DNA from: Albugo candida
Taxonomy: Eukaryota
Assembly (NCBI GenBank): GCA_040437565.1
Contig: JBDOQK010000073.1
Span: forward strand, 62,001 to 126,000
Direction: 5' to 3'
Length of the DNA: 64,000 nt
Position 1 is the first letter of the stretch. Every line of letters begins with the position of its first letter. The translations under genes and the position numbers were made by a program. The notes under the pieces are model-generated. The model was given only the letters and a program-made list of their open reading frames with translations. It searched no databases and had not been told where the DNA came from. Shown here piece by piece: positions 12,685 through 25,583 of the stretch.

Positions 12685-14034
12685 ATGGTACCGGAAGTAA
12701 GTGCGTCTTTTCCTGAGAATTCTTACTCTAGCAAAAGAAGAGATGATATCAAAAGCGAACAACCGATTCCGAAAATTATAAGGCCGATTAAGAATCAAAA
12801 GTCGACAAATACAAGTTCGTCCGTCAGTACGCGAAATTTGGCTGAAGTTTTGAAGAAAGCCGCCCATGAAACCGAGGAAAGACACAATGTCAGTGCAGTC
12901 TTATCGACTCAACAGAAACAAGGTTGCATTCAATATATTCAGAGTCGCCAATCTATCGCAACCAGCTTTGCCTCTCGTATCATCCAACCCGACACAGTGG
13001 CAAAGAAGTATATCTTCAAAGCGAACAATCTCTCCCGTAAAGGACGTTCTTGCTCTGCGCGGCTGGAAGAGCATTTGTGTGAAAGTGATTCACGTAACAT
13101 GAGCGTGAATTCCAATTGGGAATTTGTCAAAGTCAAGGCAGGTATTGAAGTTTATAAATCCATCAGAAGTCGATGTGAAATTCGTGGGGTCACATATGCG
13201 AATGCCTCCTTGCAGAACGTTATGAAGCTCCTCGCGCCGGGTGATTCTCGTAAAGAATTCGAAAATGCACAAAAAATTCTCGTCGGACCCAAGCAATATA
13301 TTGACTCAAATGTCATCATGACATGTTCCGAGACTCAGGGTCATTGTCACGTTGGACTCAAGTATCTAGCGATCAAGAATCCCTTCGGCGTGGCATCTTT
13401 AGATTTTGTTTTCCTTGATTATACCACAACCGAGCAACTTCCACAGACTGGCTTACAGACAGGTTACCGAATTGTGGAATCTATCCGTGTTCCAGATGTA
13501 CGAAGCAGCTGCAATCATGTTCGAGCTTCTTTACGCTGTGAAGTGTATATTGTTCGAGAAACTGAAACGAAAGGGCTGGTACAAATAATTTTTGCCTCTC
13601 ATCTTGATCCAAAAACAAGGTATCGAAACTCGAAAAAATCAGCATGGTTGGATCAAGTCGTGGTACGGCTGAGTAATTTACGCAAGTTTGCTGAACAAGC
13701 CTCCATTTCGAGCGAATATTGTGCAGGGCATGTGAATGGCACCAATCCTTGTGTGAAACAATCAAAATGCTTTTTGTGCATGTCATCGTTTAACCTTCTC
13801 CGAAGGCGGTATCATTGTCAAATGTGCGGTAGCTTTATCTGCGGCCGTTGTTGTCGTCAACAGTCCATTTTCAAAGAATCGGATTGCATTCACATTCGAG
13901 TGTGTTTGTCATGTATCATACATTCCCGAGCAAAGCAACTTGTCCCTGAGGCAGCTTCACATAATCAAATGCCAATGCTCTCACCGCCACGGAGTCGTGC
14001 ACAAAACGTAACATGGATCATCAAGGAGGATTGA
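12685..14034 (+). CDS. START-like plus FYVE zinc-finger protein
   Basis: C-terminal CFLC..F.LLRRRYHCQMCG..IC..C...RVC..C. Central START-like region (WEFVKVKAGIEVY...LDFVFLDY). This architecture is common in oomycetes. Confidence 0.85.
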   Translation: MVPEVSASFPENSYSSKRRDDIKSEQPIPKIIRPIKNQKSTNTSSSVSTRNLAEVLKKAAHETEERHNVSAVLSTQQKQGCIQYIQSRQSIATSFASRIIQPDTVAKKYIFKANNLSRKGRSCSARLEEHLCESDSRNMSVNSNWEFVKVKAGIEVYKSIRSRCEIRGVTYANASLQNVMKLLAPGDSRKEFENAQKILVGPKQYIDSNVIMTCSETQGHCHVGLKYLAIKNPFGVASLDFVFLDYTTTEQLPQTGLQTGYRIVESIRVPDVRSSCNHVRASLRCEVYIVRETETKGLVQIIFASHLDPKTRYRNSKKSAWLDQVVVRLSNLRKFAEQASISSEYCAGHVNGTNPCVKQSKCFLCMSSFNLLRRRYHCQMCGSFICGRCCRQQSIFKESDCIHIRVCLSCIIHSRAKQLVPEAASHNQMPMLSPPRSRAQNVTWIIKED

Positions 14035-14422
14035 TATGGACAAATGTCGGATCTGAAAAGCTGTTTGATGGTTGTCGGGTGTTTTGGATGGGTATAGATG
14101 TCATAGTGAAAATATGCAACAAGTCACAAGTAGATCGCAATACACAGAAAGTAAAGTACAATTGATATTTTAGCACGTATATCCAATGAATATTACTTCA
14201 AATCGGGTTGATTGTGAGCATCCATGCTAACCAACTCGCACAACAGCCTCATCCAACTCGGGTACATATCGATATTTGGTGTCAAGCTGTTGGCAGATCG
14301 CCCGTGAGGCTTCACCCATCATNNNNNNNNNNNNNNNNNNNNNNNNNNNNNNNNNNNNNNNNNNNNNNNNNNNNNNNNNNNNNNNNNNNNNNNNNNNNNN
14401 NNNNNNNNNNNNNNNNNNNNNN

Positions 14423-15076
14423 CTGAGTAATTTACGCAAGTTTGCTGAACAAGCCTCCATTTCGAGCGAATATTGTGCAGGGCATGTGAATGGCACCAAT
14501 CCTTGTGTGAAACAATCAAAATGCTTTTTGTGCATGTCATCGTTTAACCTTCTCCGAAGGCGGTATCATTGTCAAATGTGCGGTAGCTTTATCTGCGGCC
14601 GTTGTTGTCGTCAACAGTCCATTTTCAAAGAATCGGATTGCATTCACATTCGAGTGTGTTTGTCATGTATCATACATTCCCGAGCAAAGCAACTTGTCCC
14701 TGAGGCAGCTTCACATAATCAAATGCCAATGCTCTCACCGCCACGGAGTCGTGCACAAAACGTAACATGGATCATCAAGGAGGATTGATATGGACAAATG
14801 TCGGATCTGAAAAGCTGTTTGATGGTTGTCGGGTGTTTTGGATGGGTATAGATGTCATAGTGAAAATATGCAACAAGTCACAAGTAGATCGCAATACACA
14901 GAAAGTAAAGTACAATTGATATTTTAGCACGTATATCCAATGAATATTACTTCAAATCGGGTTGATTGTGAGCATCCATGCTAACCAACTCGCACAACAG
15001 CCTCATCCAACTCGGGTACATATCGATATTTGGTGTCAAGCTGTTGGCAGATCGCCCGTGAGGCTTCACCCATCAT
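14423..15076 (+). repeat. Gap-flank duplicate of 13669-14322 (assembly overlap)
   Basis: Apparently identical, offset 754, adjacent to gap 14323-14422. Confidence 0.9.
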
Positions 15077-16430
15077 GAACGTGCACTCATTTTTCAAAGC
15101 GTCACTCAAATCCAATGACTGAACAGAATCAATCAAGTGATACCTTACAAGTGTATACCGTCTTGAAAGTAGAAAAGGCTCCTTCGTTTTGGTATTAAAG
15201 TGCGCGGAAATGATGAGGCTACAAAATAAGTAAGCAGTAAGTTCCTGACAACAAAATATCAGGGTTTAGCTACATACCCGCTTGAGTAATCTTTTCGTAT
15301 TGCTTCCGTGGTTTGATATGGTATGAGCTCATCCTCATCGACATAATCATGAACAATGACTTTTTGAGTCTGAGAATAATCAGTGAAACACAGCGAGTTC
15401 GACTCAATGCGGTAAACTTTATCGTTTGAAGGTATCTTGAGGCGGTTCAAAATTCTTTGGTACACATACTTGGACGGCTTGCATTCCAACGTCTAAAAGA
15501 GAGGATTTTTATCTTCAAATTCGCAATCAGCGTGGAGACTTACCTGCCGTACTGGTTTCTGCCCGATGTTTTCCATTATTTTCTTATCTTGTTCCAATGT
15601 AACATTGAGGTAAATTCGGAGTGCTTCTTCCAATGTTTTACCGTGGATTCGCACCGAGACGAAACGTGTGATGTAGACTTTTCCAAAACGCTCAAACGAA
15701 TCAGTGAAAAAGTGTGGTTTCTTCAAATCGAGCCCATTGGTTTTCTGATCCAAGAATTTTATTGCCATCATCAATTTCTCCTTCCGGATTGATTCAATCG
15801 TGAAACGACGTCTTTCCCAGTCTTTTTCCAAATATACAAAGGACTCTAATGGCGTCATAAGTGCAAGCCGCTACAAGAATGAAAAAGCCGATCACAAGGA
15901 ATCTTAAAGGTAGTCGTTACTGCACTTACGACGTCACTAACTGGTGCAAATGCCACCAACGATCTCATTGTATCAAGATAGCGCTGCTGCTCAGTGAGAA
16001 GACGATGCAATTCTTCACGATAGTTATTTGCTCGTGATAACGCTTCTCTTTCTTCTAGCGCTTTCTTTCGGCTCTTTTGCAATGAGTGTACTGTTTTTGC
16101 ATGCTGCTGCATTCGAAGGTATATAGACAAAGGTTGAGTATTTCTGTTTTGATTCTGGTCACCACACATTCGTAAAAGATGACCAATTTCATCGGTCAAT
16201 TGAACGATTTCATTGCTCAGTTCTTCTATCTCGCGTTCTTCTAAAGCCTCTACACTCTCGACGCATAGTGATCGATTGGATAAATATAGAGGCGATCTAG
16301 TGTCACAAGAGCTACGGTGAGCTCCATGGTAAGACAGTGATTCTCTATCTAATTGTGCAGCTACGACTACATCAATCAGTGCATCCACTTCCTTGGATGG
16401 GAGTTGTCGACCTTTCATTTTAAACGCCAT
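14981..16430 (-). CDS. Multi-exon hypothetical protein with coiled-coil N-terminus (oomycete M96-like family possible)
   Basis: ATG at 16430. Consecutive minus ORFs 15855-16430, 15493-15858 and 15259-15489, then a last segment ending ...ELDEAVVRVG* at 14981, separated by GT-AG intron-sized segments. Confidence 0.6.
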
Positions 16431-18603
16431 TTTGACGAGAAATTATAGGAACACTACTGTCCTTGATTTACAAGTTTATAGGTAGCGGGAAAAAGTACTG
16501 TGCGATCAATCGATTGCTTCCTTTTATCTGGAATGTTGCGTACCATTACTCTCGTTACTGTAGATGCGAGAGTCGAGCATACTTTAGCACAGTTGTTACA
16601 TATATTTAACCATATCAGATTAGCAAAAGACGATAGTTAGGGCCACCTGTTGATGCCAGTGATGCTAGTACACCATTAATTATCTGCCCCCAAACACAAG
16701 CCAATTCTCGAGCGTGTAGATACTACTATGTAGTTTGGAAGGATCTTTCCAGGCCCTGGTGAATGCGAATACTTTTCCAGATTGGACCGTCACGGTTGTG
16801 GTTATGGCAATAAGGTTCTTTCCGTGACAAACCATGTCTAATGTTCCAATATAAGACTATCTGTGAAATCAATAGGTGTCGGGTAGAGCAGTACCGAGAT
16901 GGAGGAAAAAAGAAAAAGCCTGTGTTCAGCATTGAATTGTTTCTTGATGCTACCTAAACCTGGATGTGCTCCCGATTATGCTTTGTGTACAGGATAGATC
17001 CAATGGATTCGACAGGTGACACCGTAAATCACCGCGCACATAACATCATAATGTTGATCGCGATGATTTATGCGAGAATCATCCACGAAATACGCTTGTC
17101 GAGGTGTGAATTCTCGTACTCAAGGAATTCACGGTAGTATGAATCAATAAACAAATTTTGCAGCTGTCATAATTGCACCAAGGAAAAGAAGCTTGCGTTT
17201 CTTCACCTCTGTTTATTGCTTAAACAATATGCTTTCAGACGGGTTGCGACTACGAGAGTAATGTGCATTAGGAAAGCACAAATAACGCTAAGTGGGTACT
17301 GACGCTTACGGAAATAGCTACTTTGCCTGAACCCGAGGAGACTTATCGCAAACCGTGTGGTCTGCCTTCTGTTATCTATTTCTGACGAAATGATTGAGCA
17401 ATCGAGTAGCTCCGCCACATGCTTGTGACTCAATTCGGACTCAATACACACAATACATACAAGCGACGAGCTAACGTCTACGGATGGCGAATCTAATCTC
17501 ACTCCCCGGCTAATGTGATCAGATCTCAATTTGCGCTTCGTAAGGCAGATCGGCAAAATCCAACGAACGGGATATTATTGAGTGTCTGTTCGGCCCTTCG
17601 AGACAGATGGTGGCATTCAGCGCATAATGGTTGTGCATATAAGAATCAATACCATTTATCGGGCCATTTTGATGATCAAAGGCTTAGCCATTTCCTCATG
17701 ATTCATCAGACTCACTTACTGTAGTCGCATGCAGATTTGAAATTGGAAATCATATCACCTCCACTCACGACAATCACTTCTGGGTGTGTCGAAATATTCA
17801 TATATATTCTCATAGAAACGTAAGAATTCTTACTTCCAAATTAGTCAGCTTCCAATTGTGGCGATGAGTGGCATTCAAGATATATTAAGGCGTTGTTTAG
17901 TCCATTTGTCAAATTCAAATGAGATGGACAATTTATTGAGCCGCCATGTTTGTCCCCTCGAATTCTATATGCTTTTCAAGCGGGGCATGGTGGGGAAGTA
18001 TAACAGATGCATTCACCAACACGGCAGTTCGGTTCGGAGTAGATCAGCTGGTGGCTTATTCCCTGATGTTTTGTTTGCCAGTGCATATTCTATGCTTGCA
18101 GATTGACTCAATCAGAACAAATTACATTCATGCAATATACTTCTTTCAAAAGAGATGCTCGAATAGATTAAGAATACATAGCATTCTTTGTTTGGGGAAC
18201 TATAAACGACTTGCACCGCTCTATCTAGAAGTGCCGAAAAATATGTTTCTTTGCCCAGATGTACCATTACAATATAAAGCTAGCCAAAAAAGTCTAATCA
18301 GACGGTGGGAATACGGCAGTCTCGGAAATTATCGTGTAGAGCTCGTCTTTCTTCGAATAATATGTCCGGCAAAGTCCAGTAGATAAAGGAAATGCAGCCT
18401 CGCGCTCTTTCTGTGATCTGAGACGCCATCATTATGGACCGTGTGTGTATCAATAACACAACATCATATCATATTAATACTCGCGACGCCCCTTTCAGTG
18501 TCAGTCCTCCTTTACGCAAACATAAGCGCGGGTGATAGAAATCTTTAGCGATTGCGGTGAACGAACCATACTTATAAGTCGCACTTAAAAAAACTGAGGC
18601 ATC

Positions 18604-20424
18604 ATGTCTTCATCGGATTGGCATGAGCGTGCTATATGTGTGATCTGTAAGCGCCTAAATTTCAGCCTAGGCTCAACTTGCGAAGATTGTAAACCTCCCA
18701 AACAAGGAAGTGATTATCGTTTGGGTGATAAGGTGCATGACCATCAGCAATGTATAATAGAAGCGTCGGAACTTTTTACTGCGAAAGTGGCGAGATCACC
18801 CGGCCACATAGAAAAACACAAACATTCAGATTTTACTCGGGAGTGTCACCTTCCACTTCCCAAACCAAATGAGATTATTGATCTTTTATCTTCAGAAGAT
18901 GAAGCACATACAGACGACTATAGTATGGTCGAACGTGAAGCAATTAGTGACCCACCCGAGTGTGATCGGATCACAGCAGCTCCAGATGGAATTATCGATG
19001 ATGTGGTTCGGTCTAAAATTGATCCAACAAAAAATTCTCAGATGATCAAGTTGAGCATACACGCAGTAGATGATACAGAAAATACACAACTGAAAGTAGT
19101 GCCATCAGTGAATATCAGTCAGAAAAATGCACTGGCGGATTTTAGAAATGAAGAGAACTTAAATACCTTGGAGTCACAAGATCCCGACATGGAATTAGTT
19201 CAATCAAAGCAGCGATCTTGTCAGAGGGAGAATGCTAAAATACAGGAAGGAATGATTGTTCCGATAAAGCCGAGCTCCACGATTGAGTATGACCGCAATC
19301 AGATTGAATGCGAACAAGAAAGCACTTCGCCGGACTTAATCCAATCTCGAATTTATGACACAGTTTTGTATTCTGAGGCGGACTTCCCGGGCTCTTCAAG
19401 ATCAATAAAAAATAAATCGAAGTCATGTAGAAAACTTGCGAAACTGAAATCTATGCAGGGACTCTTTAGTCCCGAAAGTTTTTTCTTGCGAGTACAACAT
19501 GACGAAGCTGATAAAATCGAGTCTGATGGAGTCGGAAGAAAGAAGGTCAAACTATTTCCAGAGCAAATACCGCAGTATGGTCTAACCATTGACTTGACAC
19601 ACCTTGACGAAATCGTCGACGAAAGTGACGATAAATGTTGTAGTATGAAGCCGGATGCCATTTTGAAACAAGAAAGTCGACCAGGTGGACTAGCTGCTTC
19701 CAGCGGAAGATCTCCCGGCCTCTCTCCAACTGCTTTCTGTGTCCTCTGCGAGCATCGTCGGTCGAGACGCGGAATGATAAGGTGTCCAGTGTGTACCAAG
19801 TATTATCATAAGCTTTGTGCTAGGACATACGGTGATGAGAAGATTTGCTGGAATTGCGAGCTCAATGATATGATTGATGACAGTGAATTGACAGAAACTA
19901 GTCGTTCTCTTGTGGTTGATATGATGCAAACATTACGAAATAGCCCCTCCAGTACAGATGTTACTTCAAAACCTATACAGCTCGTTCAACCGTTTGTTGG
20001 GAAAGAATCAAAAGCAATGGAACGATGGAAGCAATTTTTAGAAAAAAGCACCGCAGAATTCGATTCATCATTTCATGATATCACCGCTGAGATCACAGAC
20101 GAGCTGAAGAAGGAAGACAGGAATGAACGGTATTCGTATGGATTTACCGATCCCAAAGATTTTCAGAATCAAATTTTCGCAGTACTAGACAAGTATGCAT
20201 CAAAACAAGACCAACTTGAGAAGCAAGCTAAAGAGAGGCAATGTCAAAGGGCAGCTTCTTTTTCAGTCCCTACCCAAAGCACGATCAAACCTCAGAACCC
20301 CGAAGTGCTAAAGCCTTCATTGATAGAGACGACTACTGTATCTCATTCTACCTATATAGACATTGATGAGAACGAGTTATTACGATCAAGTTCAACGATC
20401 AATTTTCGAAATGTCAAAGTTTAA
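18604..20424 (+). CDS. RanBP2-type zinc finger plus PHD finger protein
   Basis: N-terminal W..CVIC-x3-N-x6-CEDC. Internal C4HC3 motif CVLC...CPVC...HKLC...CWNC. 606-aa uninterrupted ORF. Confidence 0.8.
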   Translation: MSSSDWHERAICVICKRLNFSLGSTCEDCKPPKQGSDYRLGDKVHDHQQCIIEASELFTAKVARSPGHIEKHKHSDFTRECHLPLPKPNEIIDLLSSEDEAHTDDYSMVEREAISDPPECDRITAAPDGIIDDVVRSKIDPTKNSQMIKLSIHAVDDTENTQLKVVPSVNISQKNALADFRNEENLNTLESQDPDMELVQSKQRSCQRENAKIQEGMIVPIKPSSTIEYDRNQIECEQESTSPDLIQSRIYDTVLYSEADFPGSSRSIKNKSKSCRKLAKLKSMQGLFSPESFFLRVQHDEADKIESDGVGRKKVKLFPEQIPQYGLTIDLTHLDEIVDESDDKCCSMKPDAILKQESRPGGLAASSGRSPGLSPTAFCVLCEHRRSRRGMIRCPVCTKYYHKLCARTYGDEKICWNCELNDMIDDSELTETSRSLVVDMMQTLRNSPSSTDVTSKPIQLVQPFVGKESKAMERWKQFLEKSTAEFDSSFHDITAEITDELKKEDRNERYSYGFTDPKDFQNQIFAVLDKYASKQDQLEKQAKERQCQRAASFSVPTQSTIKPQNPEVLKPSLIETTTVSHSTYIDIDENELLRSSSTINFRNVKV

Positions 20425-21321
20425 TACCGATTGTCTTACTCTTACACAAAACACTTGGCCTATAAGAGACGACAAGGCTACAAGTCAACATAAAAGTCGA
20501 TACAAAACATGCTGCAATTGCATCTCCGCACCACAAATATTGTGAAATACAGTAATAGGTCCGGATGCATGAATTACAGCGTGACAAATCTCTTCTTACA
20601 GCCATGTAGTCAAGCATAGCGGTGTTTCATATGTCAGAAAATAGCTTCGAAGTCTACATCTTAGGCTGAGGCACATAGCGAGAAGAAGCATTGATTGCCC
20701 CACTGAAAAATATACAGATTTGGATTAGACTAATTGAAGTAGTGACATTGAAGTAAGACTGCAGCGGTACGCGTCCCGTGATTCTACATGATGGTCAAGC
20801 AAATATCGTGTTTTCTATCATGTACTGTCGGTTGACTTTTATGTGGCTTTCTGTAGTGCTTCTTAAAATGATGGTATTTTTTTTCTCATAGGNNNNNNNN
20901 NNNNNNNNNNNNNNNNNNNNNNNNNNNNNNNNNNNNNNNNNNNNNNNNNNNNNNNNNNNNNNNNNNNNNNNNNNNNNNNNNNNNNNNNNNNNATTTTTTT
21001 TCTCATAGGTAGCTATAATGGAAGCAGTCAGTACCGCATTCCATGTGATCCGTCCCTTACTGCTTGGATGAGCAGAAAGTGGATACGAGTCTTTACACCC
21101 ATATGAAGTCCTATCCATGCTCTTTTTGGGCGGCATGGACCAGGTTAAGATTCAATCCAAAGTTGTGTATCGCTCAAACTCGTTATTGCTCCAATTCTGG
21201 ATTGTTTATGTGCAATCTTCTATATCCTCTACCTTTAGTTTTCTTTTGGAGGAAAAGGGAAGAAGCATTCAGCCTTTCTCTTTCTGTCATTTGCCCCCTT
21301 CATTAAGACTTCTTATACGAA

Positions 21322-22422
21322 ATGATCAGTAAGACGGTAACCTACTGGGACCATTACATACAAATGGAGGATCCTCTGCTGTGTTATAAGAAGAGCTGGC
21401 TACCGGACACACCCGGAAACGAGCATTCACAGTCGAGTCACTCGAAAGCTGAATCTGATCAAAATCGCTTCGAGACTCTGAGTTTAGACATTTTCCACAA
21501 ATCATTTTCACTTCCACTTGCGCTTCGGCGGCCATCGGTATGTTCTCCTTCGTCATCCAATTGGGATGGAGCCACAACACCTCGAGCGAGTATAACGAGC
21601 ACTTCCGGAATTGTTTATGAGAGCATTGTCGTTACTGGCCATACACATGGTACGGGAAATGTCGTTTATTATTTGTTAGAAGTTCGATCGATTCAGATGC
21701 CGCTGGAAGGATATGTGATTCGGAGACGATATAACGACTTCAAAAGGCTACATCATCAACTAGAACCGCTCATGGCTGTGCGCTCCAGCGTGGCAACGGA
21801 ACACCAAGCTCGCTTTGTCAAGGAAATGCCCATACCATTCAAATACCTTAGCTTCCCATCCGTCTCACTGTTTTGTGTCTCGGCTTGTTCCAATGAACCA
21901 TTAAGCATATCAAGTACACGCTTCAATAGACTGATGACCCCTAAGTCAGATGCTAGTCGAACGAATGTGTCAGAGAGTGTGACGTGCGATGAAGAAGACC
22001 ACTTTAACAACCTGAATGATGACAGAAGGCCTTGTAGAAATGCTCTTCTGAGCAATAGGAGTACCAATGAGAGACACGCAGGAAAGGAATCATTGTTCGA
22101 GAAGGTGGATTTCGACGCTAAAGGACGACCCTATCTGCCTCCACTTCCATCTGCCGGAATTCTCTCATATTTGACGACCCGGCCAACACTAGTTGCACAA
22201 CGCATCAAAAGATTTAATAACATCCTAGCAGCAATCATGTTGGACACCTCCCCGATCGTAACAGAAGTATTCATGAATTTCGTACAGGAAAATCCAGGCA
22301 CGCAACCAGCTTATGTCTCACTCTCAGATTACGAAGCTCCTCATATACCCTTATCTGTTGAGCGTTCAGCACGTCGTCGTGCAGCGCTAATCGTGCGAAA
22401 AGACACATTCGAGCGAGGGTAA
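21322..22422 (+). CDS. PX domain protein
   Basis: VVYYLLEV...IRRRYNDFKRLH...PPLPS...VAQRIKRFNNIL, with a long insertion inside the PX domain. Confidence 0.8.
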   Translation: MISKTVTYWDHYIQMEDPLLCYKKSWLPDTPGNEHSQSSHSKAESDQNRFETLSLDIFHKSFSLPLALRRPSVCSPSSSNWDGATTPRASITSTSGIVYESIVVTGHTHGTGNVVYYLLEVRSIQMPLEGYVIRRRYNDFKRLHHQLEPLMAVRSSVATEHQARFVKEMPIPFKYLSFPSVSLFCVSACSNEPLSISSTRFNRLMTPKSDASRTNVSESVTCDEEDHFNNLNDDRRPCRNALLSNRSTNERHAGKESLFEKVDFDAKGRPYLPPLPSAGILSYLTTRPTLVAQRIKRFNNILAAIMLDTSPIVTEVFMNFVQENPGTQPAYVSLSDYEAPHIPLSVERSARRRAALIVRKDTFERG

Positions 22423-22692
22423 TTGCAAAAGCTCAAGCGCGCTTATTTCGCCTGGATATGTGGATGAAATGGAACTGATTGGTCACACTAAGATGTTTCT
22501 CAGTCATCGTTACGAAGAGTCACAGCATTACAAGCTTTCATTCGCAATCACTGTACTGAGAATGAAAAGTTTCTAAGGCAACAGGCGCAAAAATTCAAGT
22601 CGTGAACGCTTTACACTTGCTCTAGATAGAACCCGAATTTCTGTACTATTTTTGACGGTGATTTAGCGACAACATTTGATCCCGCGTCTATT

Positions 22693-25208
22693 ATGAGTCA
22701 AGCCGATTCGCTTGAGATCATTCATCTTGGACGAGGTGGTCTGATTGTGCAAACATCCATTGGCCCGATTCAGTTTGGAATGCCACCGGAAACAATCAAA
22801 GACTCGATGAAGCTTGGCATTTCTGTCCCGCGGCATTACATCGTACCTTCAGAACCATTCACCAAAACAATAGGCGCAAATATGGGCGTAAATGTAGCTG
22901 AATTCGAGTTCCCAGCCTATTGCAATTTTTTCTTTAAAGGACAAAGTATCAATCTGATCGTCCCCTCCAAAGACGTGGAAGATCGCATCCGAACGGTATT
23001 TCAAGAAACTTTGTTTGGACCAGTGAAATTAGATCTCGAGCAGGATTTTCCTCCTTCAACGCCGAAAGAATTGTATCCTGACTTGCATAAAGAGCTAGAG
23101 TACTTTCGAAAGTTTGGTGACACGCTTATCACGCTCGATAAGCTGATACAGTTTACCACTTTCAATGACGCCGGCGAGGCTTGGATCACAAAAGATAATC
23201 TACAAGTTTGTATCGAGAGTAAAAATGGCTCGTTCTGTATCATCGACAAAGATAAGACAGCAGTATTCCCAGACAGGATGAATTTACCTCTTCCTTCTAT
23301 CCCGCAAGCAAGCTTGAAATCCTTCTATCCGCCACAATTTGGTGTCACGGTACTAGGCAATTCGCATGGATTTGATCCTGATGGGAAAACTTCTGGCTAC
23401 GTGCTGTGGATTAATCATCGTGGGATTATGATTGACCCACCACCTTGCTCTTCTTCCATTCTTCAAGTCAACAATATGCCTGCATTGATGATTGATGGTG
23501 TGATTCTAACACACTGCCACGCAGATCACGACGCAGGTACATTCCAGAAAATTTTACAGGAAGGAAGAGTGTCGCTCATCACAACGCCAACAATTTACCA
23601 GTCCTTTTTACGAAAGTATTTGGCTTTATCTGGCTTCAAAAAGGATTTTCTAAAACGAGTTTTGGACTTCAGACGTGTTCGCATCAATGATCCCATCACA
23701 ATTCGCGGCGCTGAATTTCGCTTCTTCTACACTTTACACTCTATTCCATGTGTCGGATTTGAAGTAAGGTATGGCAATAAACGAATTGTGTTTTCTGGAG
23801 ATCATCTAAATGACGTCGAGCGTATCAAGATGCTACATGACAATGATATTATCTCTGCATTGCGTTACCAGGAACTCGTCAATTTCCCGTGGCATTGTGA
23901 CTTGATCCTTCACGAAGCTGGGGTTCCTCCCATTCATACTCCGCTAAAGACGTTAATGAGTCTGGATCAAGACATTCGTGATCGTCTCTACGTCGTGCAT
24001 ACAGCTGGCAAAGACTTGTCAGCTAGTTGCGGTCTCCGAGCTGCACCTGAAGGTGTGGAAAATACGATTGTGGTCGAAACAAATGCTCCAGAACATGCGG
24101 GTGCACTTGAAATTCTTGATCTTGTGCGGAAAATCGATCTTTTCAACGAATTGAGTTTTGGTCACGCGTACGAGATTCTTCAAATGGCAAAGAGAAAGAC
24201 GTACGAAAAAGACGTTTGTATCAAACAAGAAGGAGATATTGGGGATACATTTTATATAATTATTGTCGGAAATGCCCAAGTATTCTTTACGGAAAAAAAG
24301 AGCCGACCAATTGGACAAGGAAAGCACGATATTCCAATGCGTTCAGAGCAGCATGAAGCGGATTCTACAGATTATTCGCTAGCTAGTACGGCTGCAACTC
24401 CTCTTGCGCCATTCTCGAAGACATTCCGACCTGGCGAGTACTTTGACCTACAGACACTCTTGACTCCCGGCTGGATTTTGCCGTATCGTGCCATCGCGAA
24501 ATATAAAGTTTCCATGCTGGAATTCAATGCCGCAGAATTCAATTGGTTCCTGCAAAAAACTGCGGCCTTTGGACGCATGAAAAAACTCATACAAGCGAGG
24601 GCGCATTCCTCGTATACTTTATTGCAATCAAATCGAGTCTTTTGCAAATTCACAGCTACACAGCGTACCAGATTCGAAATCTTATTGGTTCAAAAAGAAG
24701 TTGGTAAAGATCAAGTACTTTGGAATGCGGGAGATATATGCACCTGCGCTTATATCATTGACAAGGGGCAATTCCGATTGAGAATGATGCCAACGCATAC
24801 GAATGAAACGGTGCTTGCTCGATCGCATACGCGGCGAACGTCTTGCTTCGCTTCAAGCGAGAACAGTTTGCATAAAAGTGGCGATTTTCTTGCATGCAAA
24901 AATGAAAGGAGAAATAGCGCTTCAAATGGGGTACGTGCATTTGGTCTGTTCATTCCAGCTGCATCTAACATGTATTGATATAGAGCGCATATGACTCAGC
25001 AGAAAGCGGAGAGAAGATTCTGACGCACGGCAATTTTGTCGGTGACGTGGATAAAATCATGTCGACAGTCATCACGTTCCAAACCAGTGAGCTCACAGCA
25101 GAGTCAAAAGGGACAGTCTTTACTATCCAGAAAGATGACTTGATAACTTTTTTGACGGAAAATCCAGGGATTCTCATGCGTCTGAGTGGTACGATACTAG
25201 TGACGTAA
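22693..25208 (+). CDS. Metallo-beta-lactamase-fold plus two cNMP-binding domains; putative cyclic nucleotide phosphodiesterase (intron 24931-24983)
   Basis: THCHADHDAG (HxHxDH), HSIPCVGF, FSGDH, HEAG and VVH motifs. Two cNMP domains (EGDIGDTFYIIIVG; AGDICTCAYIIDKG). Exon 2 (24984-25208) is 75 codons in frame, with branch point CTAAC. Confidence 0.85.
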
Positions 25209-25583
25209 GCAAAAGGTATGTTGACGATATTGAATACAAAAACGTGGTTTGAATTGTGAATGACTGACTATATAAAGTAAAGATGAAATCTAAAATGTAT
25301 ACTATGTGCAATACATTGCGCCTTTTTCACCTACCCGACACGTCATTGAGATTTTACACCAATCTCAGGGGGTATAGCCTTGATGGGATTGGCTATAATT
25401 CCAAATTTCAACTTTCTTGCACGTAATCGAGCAGAGTATTAACAAAAATAGGGAGGACGTGTATGGTACCAACTCATTATGCTGGTCGCAAGAAACACCT
25501 TACGTGTAGTCAGTCTCCAAAACGCTTAAAACACGACACAAGTCCATAATCTCTTCTTTGTCCAATTTTTTGTAATACTATAA

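Noticed and set aside
17203-18386. Short ORFs in the 16.4-18.6 kb spacer
   Set aside because: No recognisable domains and no consistent splice model.
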